From: a candidate division WOR-3 bacterium
GTDB taxonomy: Bacteria; Hydrothermota; Hydrothermia; B15-G9
Assembly (NCBI GenBank): GCA_027037615.1
Contig: JALVZN010000044.1
Location: forward strand, 1 to 38,251
Direction of reading: 5' to 3'
DNA: 38,251 nt
A program made the position numbers and the translations under genes. Position 1 is the first letter of the stretch; every line of letters begins with the position of its first letter. Positions 16,595 through 26,810 of the stretch are shown one piece after another. The notes below the pieces were generated by a model that did not search any database, had not been told where the DNA came from, and was given only the letters and a program-made list of their open reading frames with translations.

Positions 16595-17983
16595 TTAAAG
16601 TTCGACATCGTGTGATTTAACAGGCAGATACAGGTCAAAAGTCGTGCCTTCACCGACTTTCGACCTCACCTTGATCTTGCCACCAAGCGCCTCAAGTATC
16701 TGCTTGACATTGTGCAGGCCAAGCCCTGTGCCGCCCGGCTTGGTGGTGAAATACGGGTCAAATATGTGCTCCATGATGTCGTCGGGTATCCCCACGCCCG
16801 TATCCGAGAATTCAATCACAACATAGTCGTCCCTGCACTCTGTCACTATCTTCAACACGCCGCCATCGGGCATCGCCTCAATGGCGTTTCCGATCATGTA
16901 TTCACAGATTGCCTCTATCGATTTGCGGGGCAACATCATGGGAGGGACATTTTCGTCCAGATTCATCTCAACTTCCACATTCGACGCCACAAAATATCCT
17001 TGAAGGGAGCTGACTTTTTCTTTCAGGATCTCGTTAAGGTTGATCTCCTCAAACTCGCGGTTGGACTGCAAACGGATGCCCTCAACGGTCTCTTTCAGAA
17101 GGCGGTCGAGTTTTGAGACCTCGTCGATTATCGTCTGGACATACATGCGGCGCGGATCGCTTTCATCTATCTCATCGGCGAGCGCGCGGGCGATGCCGCC
17201 GATTACGACAATCGGGTTTTTAAACTCATGTGCGAGGTGGTTGATGATCTCACCGACCGCAGCCCGTCGCTCAAGCTTGATCAGCTGCTGCTGAATTTCG
17301 ATGAGCTTATCTCGTGTCTTCTGAAGCTCATCGACTTTTTCGAGGAGGTTCTTAAACAACCTTGCTCTGGAGATGGCGAGGGAGGCCTGGGATGCAAATG
17401 TATCGAGCGCAATCAGATCCTCCTGATGGATCGGCCTGTTTGTCACAAAGTTATCGGCGATGATGGCGCCGACGAGCTTACCCCTTGCGGCAAGTGGAAC
17501 GACGGCGATCTCCTCAACGCCGAGCGTCGGGAAAATACAAAGGGACGGGTTGTTGGTCACCCGTTCGATGAACGCATGGCCCGGGTTTTGCTCCATGCGG
17601 ACTATGCGCGGATTGGCATTTGGCCCGCTTGTCGGACAACGGAGCTGCTTTATGATATCTATGAATTTCTCCTTTTCGCGCTTGAAATTGTCAGGTGTGT
17701 AGCTACTTATGATTTTCTTCAGGGTTATCTTGTGGGTCTCAAGGTCGCTCCAGATCCTCTGAGCCTCTTCTCTGGTTCGCGGTCCCATGCCGAAATAGCC
17801 CCTGAGCTCGTGGCGTTCCGAGTCGTGCAGCAACACGAAGGCGCGGTTGAACCCGAACGACTCGCCAGATGTGACAGCTGCGAGCACTGCGTAAAGGATC
17901 TCGTTGAGGTCAACGGAGTTCTCCAGAACCTCAGAGACCGCATGAAATGCGTAAAGCACGGATTCCTTCACGACTCGCTCCAT
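16595..17983 (-). CDS. Cytoplasmic GAF-domain sensor histidine kinase
   Basis: H-box [10 protein letters not shown]. The HATPase G-boxes DTGVGIP and [19 protein letters not shown] are present. The N-terminal roughly 210 aa are GAF-like. No TM segment is evident. Confidence 0.88.
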   Translation of the reverse strand: MERVVKESVLYAFHAVSEVLENSVDLNEILYAVLAAVTSGESFGFNRAFVLLHDSERHELRGYFGMGPRTREEAQRIWSDLETHKITLKKIISSYTPDNFKREKEKFIDIIKQLRCPTSGPNANPRIVRMEQNPGHAFIERVTNNPSLCIFPTLGVEEIAVVPLAARGKLVGAIIADNFVTNRPIHQEDLIALDTFASQASLAISRARLFKNLLEKVDELQKTRDKLIEIQQQLIKLERRAAVGEIINHLAHEFKNPIVVIGGIARALADEIDESDPRRMYVQTIIDEVSKLDRLLKETVEGIRLQSNREFEEINLNEILKEKVSSLQGYFVASNVEVEMNLDENVPPMMLPRKSIEAICEYMIGNAIEAMPDGGVLKIVTECRDDYVVIEFSDTGVGIPDDIMEHIFDPYFTTKPGGTGLGLHNVKQILEALGGKIKVRSKVGEGTTFDLYLPVKSHDVEL

Positions 17984-18429
17984 ACAATCTCCCTCGCTTT
18001 CATCAGGAGTTTGCGTTCGTTTTCGTATTCCACCCTTGCGATGGCCTCGTCTATCGGGAACCAGCCCACGGCATCCACCTCATGGTCGTGTTTTGAGATG
18101 TCACCGCTCCTGTATCGCATCAGGAAGAAGTGAACAACCTTGTGGTGCCTCCGCCTGACGCCATCCTCGTCTTTCCACCAGAACCAGTATTCTATCTCGC
18201 CGAGTTTATCGACTATCTCGGCGTCTATCCCTGTTTCTTCCTTCACTTCACGGACAGCGGCCTGCTCCGGAGTTTCCCCCAGCTCGATATGGCCCTTCGG
18301 CAGAGCCCAGACGGTGCCGCCCTTCACGCCTATCAAAACGACTTCAATCCTGCCCTCATCGCCAAGCCGATAGACCACCCCTCCTGCCGACTCCTCGAAC
18401 ACCGTTGGTATCTTGCGTTTTTTCCGCAT
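17968..18429 (-). CDS. NUDIX hydrolase
   Basis: Nudix box [23 protein letters not shown]. The stop overlaps the kinase start by 16 nt. Confidence 0.88.
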   Translation of the reverse strand: MRKKRKIPTVFEESAGGVVYRLGDEGRIEVVLIGVKGGTVWALPKGHIELGETPEQAAVREVKEETGIDAEIVDKLGEIEYWFWWKDEDGVRRRHHKVVHFFLMRYRSGDISKHDHEVDAVGWFPIDEAIARVEYENERKLLMKAREIVWSES

Positions 18430-18440
18430 GGTTCCGAAGC

Positions 18441-19322
18441 TTACCCTCCCGTGTTGAACTCAGGAGGCCTGACGACAAGTATGTCGGAAGGGGCAAGTCT
18501 GACGGTCTTCTCCGTCACGCTTCCGAGAAGTATCCTCTTAAGCCCGCTCCTGCCGTGTGTGGCCATGACCACAAGGTCGATGTCTTTGTCCTCCACGACC
18601 TGAGCTATCTCAATGCTCGCATCGGGCGCTATCCGCACCTCGTATTCGATGTCAACATCATCGCGGTAGATGGTTTTGAGCTGTTCGGTCAGCTTTTCCT
18701 TGACCGCCTGGCCGGTATATTCGGTGAATTCGGGATAATAGATCTGAATTTCGGCCTCGAGCTCGCTCCAGTGGATGGGGATTTCGTGCACATGCAGCAC
18801 AATGAGTCTGGCATCAAGATATTTGGCTATCTCCACGGCATAACGCCACCCAAATCCAGCAGGCCCCGACAGGTCAGTCGGGAACAGGATGCTCCGTATC
18901 GGGCTGGGTTCCTCTTCCTTAACGATATAGACCGGCACATCCGATTTGCGCACCACTTTCAACACGGTTGAGCCATATTCGCCCTTCCTCGTCATGATTA
19001 TGAGATCGGCCTTCAGGTCCCTGGCAGCTTCGAGGATTTTGAGGTAAATCTTGCCGTCCGTGATCTCAGCGCGCGCCTTAATCCCCTTGCTCTCGAACTG
19101 GGTAACATAGTCGTTCAGCTTCTCCATGGCTTTCTGGCGGATGAATTCGATGTATTTCTCAGTGTTCGGCGACGCAAGCAGGAAGACCGGGGTCTCAGAG
19201 ATGACATGAAGGAAGATCACCTCCGCCCCGAATATTCCGGCTATCCTCTCCACCCTTGCGAGTGCCTTCTCAGATGCACCGGTGAACTCCACGGGAAACA
19301 GAATTTTCTCCACTTTCATCAT
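18441..19322 (-). CDS. Tandem universal stress protein (two UspA domains)
   Basis: Two Usp-like halves are present, each ending in a G-x2-G-x9-G(S/T)-type motif ([15 protein letters not shown] and [21 protein letters not shown]). I place the start at ATG 19322, with AAGGAGG 8 nt upstream. The track uses GTG at 19328. Confidence 0.85.
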   Translation of the reverse strand: MMKVEKILFPVEFTGASEKALARVERIAGIFGAEVIFLHVISETPVFLLASPNTEKYIEFIRQKAMEKLNDYVTQFESKGIKARAEITDGKIYLKILEAARDLKADLIIMTRKGEYGSTVLKVVRKSDVPVYIVKEEEPSPIRSILFPTDLSGPAGFGWRYAVEIAKYLDARLIVLHVHEIPIHWSELEAEIQIYYPEFTEYTGQAVKEKLTEQLKTIYRDDVDIEYEVRIAPDASIEIAQVVEDKDIDLVVMATHGRSGLKRILLGSVTEKTVRLAPSDILVVRPPEFNTGG

Positions 19323-19449
19323 AAACACCGCCTCCTTTGATTTTTGCCTATTTTAAACTATGTATAGGTCGATTTCTAACTTTCGAGAAGTGTAACATCC
19401 CCCGCTGCACATACACTATGCCAGAAAACGGTTTAGACCTTCGGGAAGC

Positions 19450-19478
19450 GGCCATCCCGCCGCAACTTTGATTAAAAA
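19450..19478 (-). promoter_or_regulatory. Candidate promoter for the usp-nudix-HK-PDO-cca unit (TAGAAA-N17-TAAAAT)
   Basis: On the minus strand, TAGAAA is at 19478-19473 and TAAAAT at 19455-19450, with a 17-nt spacer. The -35 is a weak 4/6 match. Confidence 0.3.
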
Positions 19479-19500
19479 TCGTCAGATAACATGTTATAAT
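19472..19500 (+). promoter_or_regulatory. Extended -10 promoter for the SEDS gene (TTAAAA-N17-TGtTATAAT)
   Basis: TGTTATAAT at 19492-19500 matches the TGnTATAAT consensus. A 4/6 -35 element lies at 19472-19477. It is 33 nt upstream of the ATG at 19533. Confidence 0.55.
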
Positions 19501-19532
19501 TTGCCACAACACATCGGGAGGCTGCTGAGCAC

Positions 19533-20702
19533 ATGAAAAAAGTCGAAATTCGGTTGATGCTTGCAATTCCAGTCCTTCTCACCATGATAGGCCTCCTTGA
19601 GCTCTACTCGATAAACACAGCCTTCTTTTACAGACAGTTGCTCAGCTTCCTTCTGGCAATCTTCGTCTTTGTGCTTTTTTACAGCATCCACAGTGACCTT
19701 ATCGAGTCCGCCGGCGTGCCCCTCTTTGTGCTGTCAGTTCTGCTCCTCATCGTCGTGCTAGGCATGCCGTCAAGCGGCCCAAAAAGGTGGATTCCGTTGG
19801 GCGGATTTAAGTTTCAACCCTCTGAGCTGGCCAAACTTGCAACGATCCTGATACTCGCCCACATATTTTCAAAAAGGGAGACGCGGGCAGCGTTCTGGAA
19901 AGCGGTCGTCCTGACGCTCATCCCATTCGGACTGACCCTGATCGAGCCCGATCTCGGAACTGCCGCCGTGTTCGCTTTCATAGGCTTCTCGATGGCGTAT
20001 CTTGCTGGATTTGAGACGGAACCGCTTTTCTTCGCCATCGTCATACTGCTTTCCTCTGTCCTATCATTCGTGCCGATGGGCTACATCCTTTTTCTGGCAA
20101 TAATTGCGCTTGGTGCCAGACTGTTGAGGTATTCGGCAAGCTTCATCTTTCTGCTCGTCTTTGCGAGCATCATCGTGGCGTTGATAACACCTGTGATCTG
20201 GGAGAAAGGGCTTCACGACTACCAGAGGAAAAGGATTACCGCATTCTTTCAGCCTGAGAAGTTCGAGAAGGACATCGGGTGGCAAACGGTTCAGGCTCAC
20301 ATAGCGCTGGGGTCAGGAGGGCTCACGGGCAAAGGGTTCAGGCATGGCACTCAGAAAGGGCTGTCATTCCTGCCCGCAGCGCATACGGACTTCATATTTT
20401 CGAGTATTGGCGAGGAATTCGGTTTCATCGTCTGTTCCCTGATCATATTCCTGTTTTTGTGGTGGATAGTTAAGGCCTTTATGATCTCATACCGATTTAA
20501 AAACCGGTTTGGTCAACTACTTGGCTACGGCGTGGCGACATCCATCTACTTCCACGCATTCGTCAACATCGGCGCCAACCTCGGCCTGCTGCCCGTAGTC
20601 GGGCTTCCTCTCCCGTTTATCACCTACGGAGGAAGTCACCTCATAGTTGAAGCCGCCATGCTGGGCGCATTTTTCAGGCAGATAAAGGAAAGCTCCGAGT
20701 AA
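19533..20702 (+). CDS. SEDS-family peptidoglycan glycosyltransferase (FtsW/RodA)
   Basis: About 10 TM segments. Motifs PSELAKLA, QAHIALGSGGLTGKGF and LPAAHTDFIFSSIGEEFGF are present. I cannot distinguish RodA from FtsW by eye. Confidence 0.88.
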   Translation: MKKVEIRLMLAIPVLLTMIGLLELYSINTAFFYRQLLSFLLAIFVFVLFYSIHSDLIESAGVPLFVLSVLLLIVVLGMPSSGPKRWIPLGGFKFQPSELAKLATILILAHIFSKRETRAAFWKAVVLTLIPFGLTLIEPDLGTAAVFAFIGFSMAYLAGFETEPLFFAIVILLSSVLSFVPMGYILFLAIIALGARLLRYSASFIFLLVFASIIVALITPVIWEKGLHDYQRKRITAFFQPEKFEKDIGWQTVQAHIALGSGGLTGKGFRHGTQKGLSFLPAAHTDFIFSSIGEEFGFIVCSLIIFLFLWWIVKAFMISYRFKNRFGQLLGYGVATSIYFHAFVNIGANLGLLPVVGLPLPFITYGGSHLIVEAAMLGAFFRQIKESSE

Positions 20703-20761
20703 AAGCTGTTCTCAAACCATTTACCATATAATTACCCGATAGGTTGAGAAAGGAGGCGATT

Positions 20762-23700
20762 ATGGTTGCTCAACTTTTGGCTTTTTATCTCATCGGTGTT
20801 CCTACCGTGGCATTGAATTCCACACCCGGCCCATCTCCGGAAGTAACCCTGTTCATCGAAGGAGAGGCTCAAAATATCGTGCATTTCAGGCTTTATGAGG
20901 TTCCCGACCCCGAATCATATCTGCTTGAAAGTTACAGACAGGGCTACATGCCGAAGAACGCAGTGGGCTTGAAAAACAATGGAGTTTCATCGACTTACGC
21001 TGCAATAAAAAGGGAAACACGGACATTCAGATACTGGCTGCGAGAGGTGATGTCATACCCTTACCGTTCTGCTACGGTCCAGGCGCTTGACCTGAAGAGC
21101 ATGGAGGTTAAAACTTACGACACGAACAAAAAGCTGCCGCCTCTCAACGGGTTCAGGCTCATCAAGGAATGGGATCTACCGACGCCGATCGTATCTTACA
21201 GCGACGACATAACAATTCCCGGCATGGACACGCTCCCCGAAAGGCTTTACCTGCTCGAAACATCCTATTCCGGGGTAACGACATACATCCCAGTGCTGAA
21301 AACGACACTGTTTTCGGAGTTCAAGGTCGGGCGTGGCCGCTATCTCCTTTTCCTGACTGACTCAGCATCAAATCCCATACCGGGAGCGAGGGTGGCGGTC
21401 ATAGAGAACCGCAAGCGAGCCATCAAAGGGGTTACCAATCCCGACGGCATAGCGGAGTTCAGCCGCGGCGACTCCATAAGGACGCTGATGGCCGTATTCG
21501 TCACAGAGGACAATCGAGTAAGTGTCTGTGGAGATTATTCTTATGGCTGGTTTACCTCGAACGAGGCCCGCATGAAGGCCTATGTCTATACCGACAGACC
21601 CATCTACAAACCCGGCCACACGGTTTACATCAACGGAATCCTGAGGAAACAGCGCGGATTTGGCTATCGCAACGCCCCGAACAGGTATGTGATTTTGAAG
21701 GTCAGCAGGGGATGGGGCGAAACCGAGCTCCTGAATGACACGCTCATGACGGACGAATTCGGAGCCTTCAACGACTCGCTTGTCCTGCCCGACAACGCAA
21801 AGCTCGGTTCATACTACATCGAAGTGGAATACGACGACGAAGAAATCGGATACCGCTCGTTTGAGGTTCAGGAATATGTCAAACCGGAATTCAAGGTCTC
21901 GATATCGACGGATGGCAAGAAGTTCGTCTCCGGTGACGAGATACACATCACAGTTTCTGCAGAATACATCTTCGGAGCGCCGTTGAAGGGCGGCGTTGCC
22001 GAACTTGTCGTTACAAAAATGCTTCCGTGGTGGTATTACTACAACGGCGCATCGGACTACCAGACGATTTTCAGGGGCAGCAACGAGTTGAACGACATGG
22101 GGAAAACCAGCTTCAAGCTCGAGGTGCCTCTGGATAGCATACCTTACAACTACCGCTTGGTGGCAACAGTCACAGGGCCAGACGGCCGCAAAATATCATC
22201 GTCAAAATGGGTTCAGGTCTATCCATCAAGTTATGTCCCGAATATCAGGCTCGACAAATTCATCTACACGGACGATGACACCGCCTTTACGGCCAGGGTC
22301 ACCGTGCACGACATAGACGGCAATCCGATCTCCACAAATGTGAAGCTCACGCTCTATCGCGGATGGCGCAGAAAGGAACAGCTCAAAGAGGCCCAATTCG
22401 CAACGGATGAGGACGGTGAGGCTCAGATCACGATGCCGCTCCCGCAATGGCCGGATGACTACTTCGTCGTCGTTAAGGTCACCGATCCGAGAGGCAGGCA
22501 GATGATAGCATCGGAATGGTTCTACCGCGCAAATTCACGATACAGGTGGTGGTCATGGAGCGGCGGACTTGAGCTGAAGGTGGACAGGGATACCGTGTCC
22601 AACGGCGATTCGATAACAGCCGTTGCCACAGCGCAAACTCCGAAGGGCAAGATGCTGATGACGCTTGTGGCAGGAGACACTATCATCGCCTACGATGTTG
22701 TCGATATCAAAAACCACATAGCCACCATCAAACTGCCTGTGCCGAAGGGCGTTAACGGTTGGATTCGACTTGCCGTCGAGATCGGCGGTCAAAAGCCTGA
22801 TATAGCGAGCAAAGGCATCTTGGTCGTTGATTCGTCCAAGATGCTGAATGTCAGGATAGAGACCGAAGGCAAGGAGTTTGAGCCCGGAAGCGAGATCACG
22901 CTCAAGGTAAAAATCACGGACTTTGAAGGGCGTCCTGCGAAAGCGGAATTTTCCATCGCAGTCGTTGACGAGGCCATCTACCAGCTCAAAAAGGATAATT
23001 CAGGGGACATCTTCGCCAACTTTTACATGCGGTATCAGGACGGCTGGCTCTGGAGCTTCAACTCGACATATTTCACATTCTACACGGACAGGAGCATCGA
23101 CCTGACGGAGCTGGCTAAGCGGAACGAAAGCTCTGCCGAGGCGATCGCCCAATTCAAGGAAGCGGCTCCATCACAGACGCCGGTCAGGGCAAAGTTCAAA
23201 GATCTCGCTTTCTGGAGAGCTAACGCCCGCACGAACGGGAGAGGCGAGGCGGTAATCAGGTTCCGACTGCCGGATAACATCACCCAGTGGCGCGTCACGG
23301 TAAAGGCTTTCACAAAGGACACACGGCTCGGTCAGGCGACACACAAGTTCTACGCTCGCAAGCGCGTGTTCGTGACCGTGGCTCCGCCGAGATACCTGAC
23401 AGTGGGCGACACTATCGAAATTCCCACAACCATCCACAACTTCATGTCGGCTCAGATGGAGTTCAAAGTCGATGTGAAGACAGACGGGCTAAAACTCCTC
23501 AGGGAAGGCCCGATAAGCGTGAGGGTTCCGTCTCAGGGCAGCAAGGTGATCCTGTGGACGGCAGTGGCAGAAACGCCCGGAAGTGCGTCCGTTCAGGCCA
23601 CAGCTTCCACATTCAGGGCATCCGACGCCGTGCGGATCTCGTTCCCGATAAAGCAGTATGGGCTTCAGATGTCCGTTGCGCGAAATGTTGAGGCCAGAGA

Positions 23701-25225
23701 CGGCGTCAGCTCAACCAGTTTCGTCCTGCCTGAAGTCAGCGAGATGAAAGACGCAAGTTGCAGGGTGACATTGGCTTCAGGTTACATCACCGTCGCAATG
23801 GCCGCGCTCCCCTACCTCAGAGGATACCCTTACGGCTGCGTTGAGCAGACTATGAGCCGATTTCTGCCCGACATAATCGTCAAAAGCATCGCTTCACGAT
23901 ACGGCATAAGGGTCGAGAACGAGGACGAGCTGGAGAAGATGATAAACATGGGCTTGAAACGGTTATACAGCTATCAGCACTACGACGGAGGCTGGGGCTG
24001 GTGGCAGTTCGACGACAGCGAGGATGAGATGACGGGCTATGTGATGTGGGGACTTGCGCTCGCCAGAATGAACGACATCGAGGTGAACCCATCGGTGATA
24101 GCTTCGGGGCTGTCCTACATCAAGGAGCGCGTGGGCTCCGATATCGATGACGGCGGCCTCGTGGATCTGCTGTTCGCATACTCCTATTACGACACACTGA
24201 CAGACGAAATGATCGACAATCTGCGCGATGTCTCGTTCAGCAACCTGACGCCTGTGCAGGAGGCCAAATTCGCAATCCTGACACATAAGCTCGGCATGGA
24301 CGACCTCAGCAAAGCCGCCCTGGAAGCGCTTGAGGAGGACAGATACCAGCTGTGGGAATACGAATGGATTCCTTACGACGAACTCTCGCTTGCATGGCGG
24401 ATAATGGCTTACAGTCAAACAGGATTCCGCCCGGTCGAACGGATGCAGGCCGTTGCGGACACGCTGATATCGATGCGGAAAGGCCCGAGATGGAGCTCAA
24501 CCCTCACAACCGCATACAGCGTCATGGCGCTCTCGGATTTGAGCCAGAAGTTGAACGAACGGGCCAAAAAATCCACCGTCACGCTGAAAGTTAACGGCCA
24601 TGAGATTTTCAAGGGCGAGATCGGAAATGGTGAGGTCAAATCGATAGATGTGCCGCTGGGCTACCTGAAGGGCGACACAAACACACTGACGCTCAAGAGC
24701 AAGCGGGTAAAGAGCTTCGCCTCACTCACGGTCTCGTGGTTCAGTGGGAAATACCCGATCAAAGCCCGTTCTGCGCCTGAGTTAAGCATCAAAAAGGAGC
24801 TGTATCAGCTCGATTATCGCAAAAAGGGCAGGGAGTGGGTGGCCTACGAAACGCCGATCCGCTCAGGCTCATCCATAAGGCCGATGTCGAGGATGAAGGT
24901 GAGGTTGACCATCATCGCAAACAAGGACATCGGGCGGATTATCGTGGAGGATCCCGTGCTGCCCGGAGCCGAGATCGATGAGAACGACTTGATGCGCAGA
25001 TACATCTACGATTATTGGGATTCGCCGATAGTTGGGATGGAACGAAAAAATGACCACATAGCGTTCGCCGTCCCCTACATCAATGAAGGCGACACCGTCA
25101 CGGTGGAGTATGTGGTGATGCTCCAAAACAAAGGCGTTTTCCATCTCATGCCGGCGGTGGCTTACGGGATGTATATGCCGCAATCGAGAGCAAATTCGAG
25201 AGAATACCTGATAAAAGTGCATTGA
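20762..25225 (+). CDS. Bacterial alpha-2-macroglobulin family protein with an intact thioester motif
   Basis: MG-domain signature YVYTDRPIYKPGHTVYINGILR, FSIAVVDEAIY, DLAFWRANARTNGRGEAVIRFRLPDNITQWRVTVKAF, thioester GYPYGCVEQTM (CVEQ at 23837-23848) and YQHYDGGWGWW. I place the start at ATG 20762, with AAGGAGG 6 nt upstream. The track's TTG at 20744 overlaps that RBS. 1,487 aa. Confidence 0.92.
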   Translation: MVAQLLAFYLIGVPTVALNSTPGPSPEVTLFIEGEAQNIVHFRLYEVPDPESYLLESYRQGYMPKNAVGLKNNGVSSTYAAIKRETRTFRYWLREVMSYPYRSATVQALDLKSMEVKTYDTNKKLPPLNGFRLIKEWDLPTPIVSYSDDITIPGMDTLPERLYLLETSYSGVTTYIPVLKTTLFSEFKVGRGRYLLFLTDSASNPIPGARVAVIENRKRAIKGVTNPDGIAEFSRGDSIRTLMAVFVTEDNRVSVCGDYSYGWFTSNEARMKAYVYTDRPIYKPGHTVYINGILRKQRGFGYRNAPNRYVILKVSRGWGETELLNDTLMTDEFGAFNDSLVLPDNAKLGSYYIEVEYDDEEIGYRSFEVQEYVKPEFKVSISTDGKKFVSGDEIHITVSAEYIFGAPLKGGVAELVVTKMLPWWYYYNGASDYQTIFRGSNELNDMGKTSFKLEVPLDSIPYNYRLVATVTGPDGRKISSSKWVQVYPSSYVPNIRLDKFIYTDDDTAFTARVTVHDIDGNPISTNVKLTLYRGWRRKEQLKEAQFATDEDGEAQITMPLPQWPDDYFVVVKVTDPRGRQMIASEWFYRANSRYRWWSWSGGLELKVDRDTVSNGDSITAVATAQTPKGKMLMTLVAGDTIIAYDVVDIKNHIATIKLPVPKGVNGWIRLAVEIGGQKPDIASKGILVVDSSKMLNVRIETEGKEFEPGSEITLKVKITDFEGRPAKAEFSIAVVDEAIYQLKKDNSGDIFANFYMRYQDGWLWSFNSTYFTFYTDRSIDLTELAKRNESSAEAIAQFKEAAPSQTPVRAKFKDLAFWRANARTNGRGEAVIRFRLPDNITQWRVTVKAFTKDTRLGQATHKFYARKRVFVTVAPPRYLTVGDTIEIPTTIHNFMSAQMEFKVDVKTDGLKLLREGPISVRVPSQGSKVILWTAVAETPGSASVQATASTFRASDAVRISFPIKQYGLQMSVARNVEARDGVSSTSFVLPEVSEMKDASCRVTLASGYITVAMAALPYLRGYPYGCVEQTMSRFLPDIIVKSIASRYGIRVENEDELEKMINMGLKRLYSYQHYDGGWGWWQFDDSEDEMTGYVMWGLALARMNDIEVNPSVIASGLSYIKERVGSDIDDGGLVDLLFAYSYYDTLTDEMIDNLRDVSFSNLTPVQEAKFAILTHKLGMDDLSKAALEALEEDRYQLWEYEWIPYDELSLAWRIMAYSQTGFRPVERMQAVADTLISMRKGPRWSSTLTTAYSVMALSDLSQKLNERAKKSTVTLKVNGHEIFKGEIGNGEVKSIDVPLGYLKGDTNTLTLKSKRVKSFASLTVSWFSGKYPIKARSAPELSIKKELYQLDYRKKGREWVAYETPIRSGSSIRPMSRMKVRLTIIANKDIGRIIVEDPVLPGAEIDENDLMRRYIYDYWDSPIVGMERKNDHIAFAVPYINEGDTVTVEYVVMLQNKGVFHLMPAVAYGMYMPQSRANSREYLIKVH

Positions 25226-26808
25226 TGACCGCATTCTGGATAATCGTTTTGCTCGCGCAGGGTGTCCGTGTCAGGGTGCTGGCGTCACGAGATGTAGGAG
25301 AGCTGGTCGTGTCGCACGCAATGATGGTGGACGGCGCGGACACCCTGAAATTCCGTTCCCTCAAATTCAGAGCAAGAAGCGGTTATGTCGTCTGGGGGAA
25401 CAGGATATCGAAGAAAGTAACTATCTTGCCTTTGCGCAGGGCATTATCGATAGATTTCGATGGTGAGACCCGTCGCTACACGGGCAGACTTGAGCTCACA
25501 GCCGAAGGCGATAAGCTGGTGCCGATAAACATCGTAAATCGAGGGGACTACCTTGCCTCAGTGGTCGGCTCCGAGATGACATCGAACGCCCCCATCGAGG
25601 CGCTGAAGGCTCAGGCCGTGCTCGCAAGGACTTTCGTGCTCAAATTTCGCGAAAAGAAGCACGCGGGATTTAATTTCTGCGACCTCACCCACTGCATGCA
25701 TTACAACGGCAGCGATGCGATAACGCCTGCCACTTCCAGAGCCGTCAGGGAAACCGAGGGCATCGTCCTCGTCGCTTCAGATGGCACACCTGTCGAGCCA
25801 TACTTCTCCGCATCAAACGGGGGTAAGATCGACCTCCCGTCAAAGGTGTGGGGCACAGACGATCCCGATTACCTCAGGTCGAAAGATGACCCTTTCTCGG
25901 CAACTGCCACCGACCGAAACCGCGTCTGGAGGACGGAAATTCCGGTTTCAAAGATAGAAATGGCTTTCGGAATTACAGGGCTGATCGACATTGAAGTCGA
26001 TACGATGTCGTCGCCCATGATGGTGGAGCTCATCGGAAACACAACGATGAGGATTCGAGCCGCAGATTTCAAAATCAGGCTGAACCGTGCCATCGGATGG
26101 AACAAAATCAAATCCGTTAGGTTCTCAGCTCGCAGGCACGGCTCGAAATATGTCTTTGAAGGCAAAGGGCTCGGGCACGGCATAGGGCTGTCTCAGGCTG
26201 GAGCCATCGAGATGGCGCTCAGAGGCTACACTTTCGAGGAAATACTGCATTTCTACTTCCCCGTCGCGTGGCTCCGAGAAGGGAACTCATCGTTTCTCTA
26301 TCGCGGAAGGATAACCGAAAAGGTGCACTCCGACCTCAAACAGGCTCTCGCAGATGTCGAAAACTCCCTCTCCCTCAGGCATTCATCCCCGATTTACATC
26401 GTCGAATTCAAATCCGTCGGGGAATTCACGGCCGCCACAGGTCAACCGTGGTGGAAAGCGGCCGTTACGGTGGGAGATACGATTTACATCCAGCCTTTTG
26501 AAATTTTGCGCAAACGGGGTATCTACTCCGAGACGATGAGGCGAGAGCTCTACCATGTGATTCTCAACCAGCACGACATCGAACTGCCATTGTGGTTGAG
26601 AGAAGGGGTTGCCACACTGCTGTTCGGGAGCCGCCAATCGGTGGGCGGTCAGATTCCGCCGCCTCAGAGAGTGGAATTGATGCTCAGGTCAAATGACAAA
26701 GAGGAATTCAGGCGCGGCTGGGTCTATTCCGCCGCACTTGCAGAGAAATATTTGTCCAACAGGGACATAAAATCTATTTTGAGTTCAAAGCAAACTGGAG
26801 GTATGTAA
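25225..26808 (+). CDS. SpoIID/LytB-domain protein with a C-terminal degenerate MA-metallopeptidase-like domain
   Basis: SpoIID signature DYLASVVGSEM...EALKAQAVLARTFVL...CDLTHCMHYNG...YFSASNGGK. The C-terminal part contains RELYH (26542-26556) and LPLWLREGVATLLFG. Its ATG overlaps the A2M TGA in TGATG. Confidence 0.85.
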   Translation: MTAFWIIVLLAQGVRVRVLASRDVGELVVSHAMMVDGADTLKFRSLKFRARSGYVVWGNRISKKVTILPLRRALSIDFDGETRRYTGRLELTAEGDKLVPINIVNRGDYLASVVGSEMTSNAPIEALKAQAVLARTFVLKFREKKHAGFNFCDLTHCMHYNGSDAITPATSRAVRETEGIVLVASDGTPVEPYFSASNGGKIDLPSKVWGTDDPDYLRSKDDPFSATATDRNRVWRTEIPVSKIEMAFGITGLIDIEVDTMSSPMMVELIGNTTMRIRAADFKIRLNRAIGWNKIKSVRFSARRHGSKYVFEGKGLGHGIGLSQAGAIEMALRGYTFEEILHFYFPVAWLREGNSSFLYRGRITEKVHSDLKQALADVENSLSLRHSSPIYIVEFKSVGEFTAATGQPWWKAAVTVGDTIYIQPFEILRKRGIYSETMRRELYHVILNQHDIELPLWLREGVATLLFGSRQSVGGQIPPPQRVELMLRSNDKEEFRRGWVYSAALAEKYLSNRDIKSILSSKQTGGM

Positions 26809-26810
26809 CC

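Noticed and set aside
17228-18971. Long plus-strand ORFs (301 aa at 17228-18133; 157 aa and 188 aa at 18130-18971) antisense to the kinase, Nudix and USP genes
   Set aside because: The opposite-strand frames carry unambiguous H-box/HATPase, Nudix-box and UspA motifs. The antisense ORFs lack motifs and an RBS, and they cross gene boundaries.
20727-20732. A TATAAT hexamer 30 nt upstream of the A2M start, considered as an independent promoter
   Set aside because: There is no acceptable -35 at 16-18 nt (AGCTGT or AAGCTG) and no TG extension. Co-transcription with the SEDS gene seems more likely, so it is not listed as a feature.
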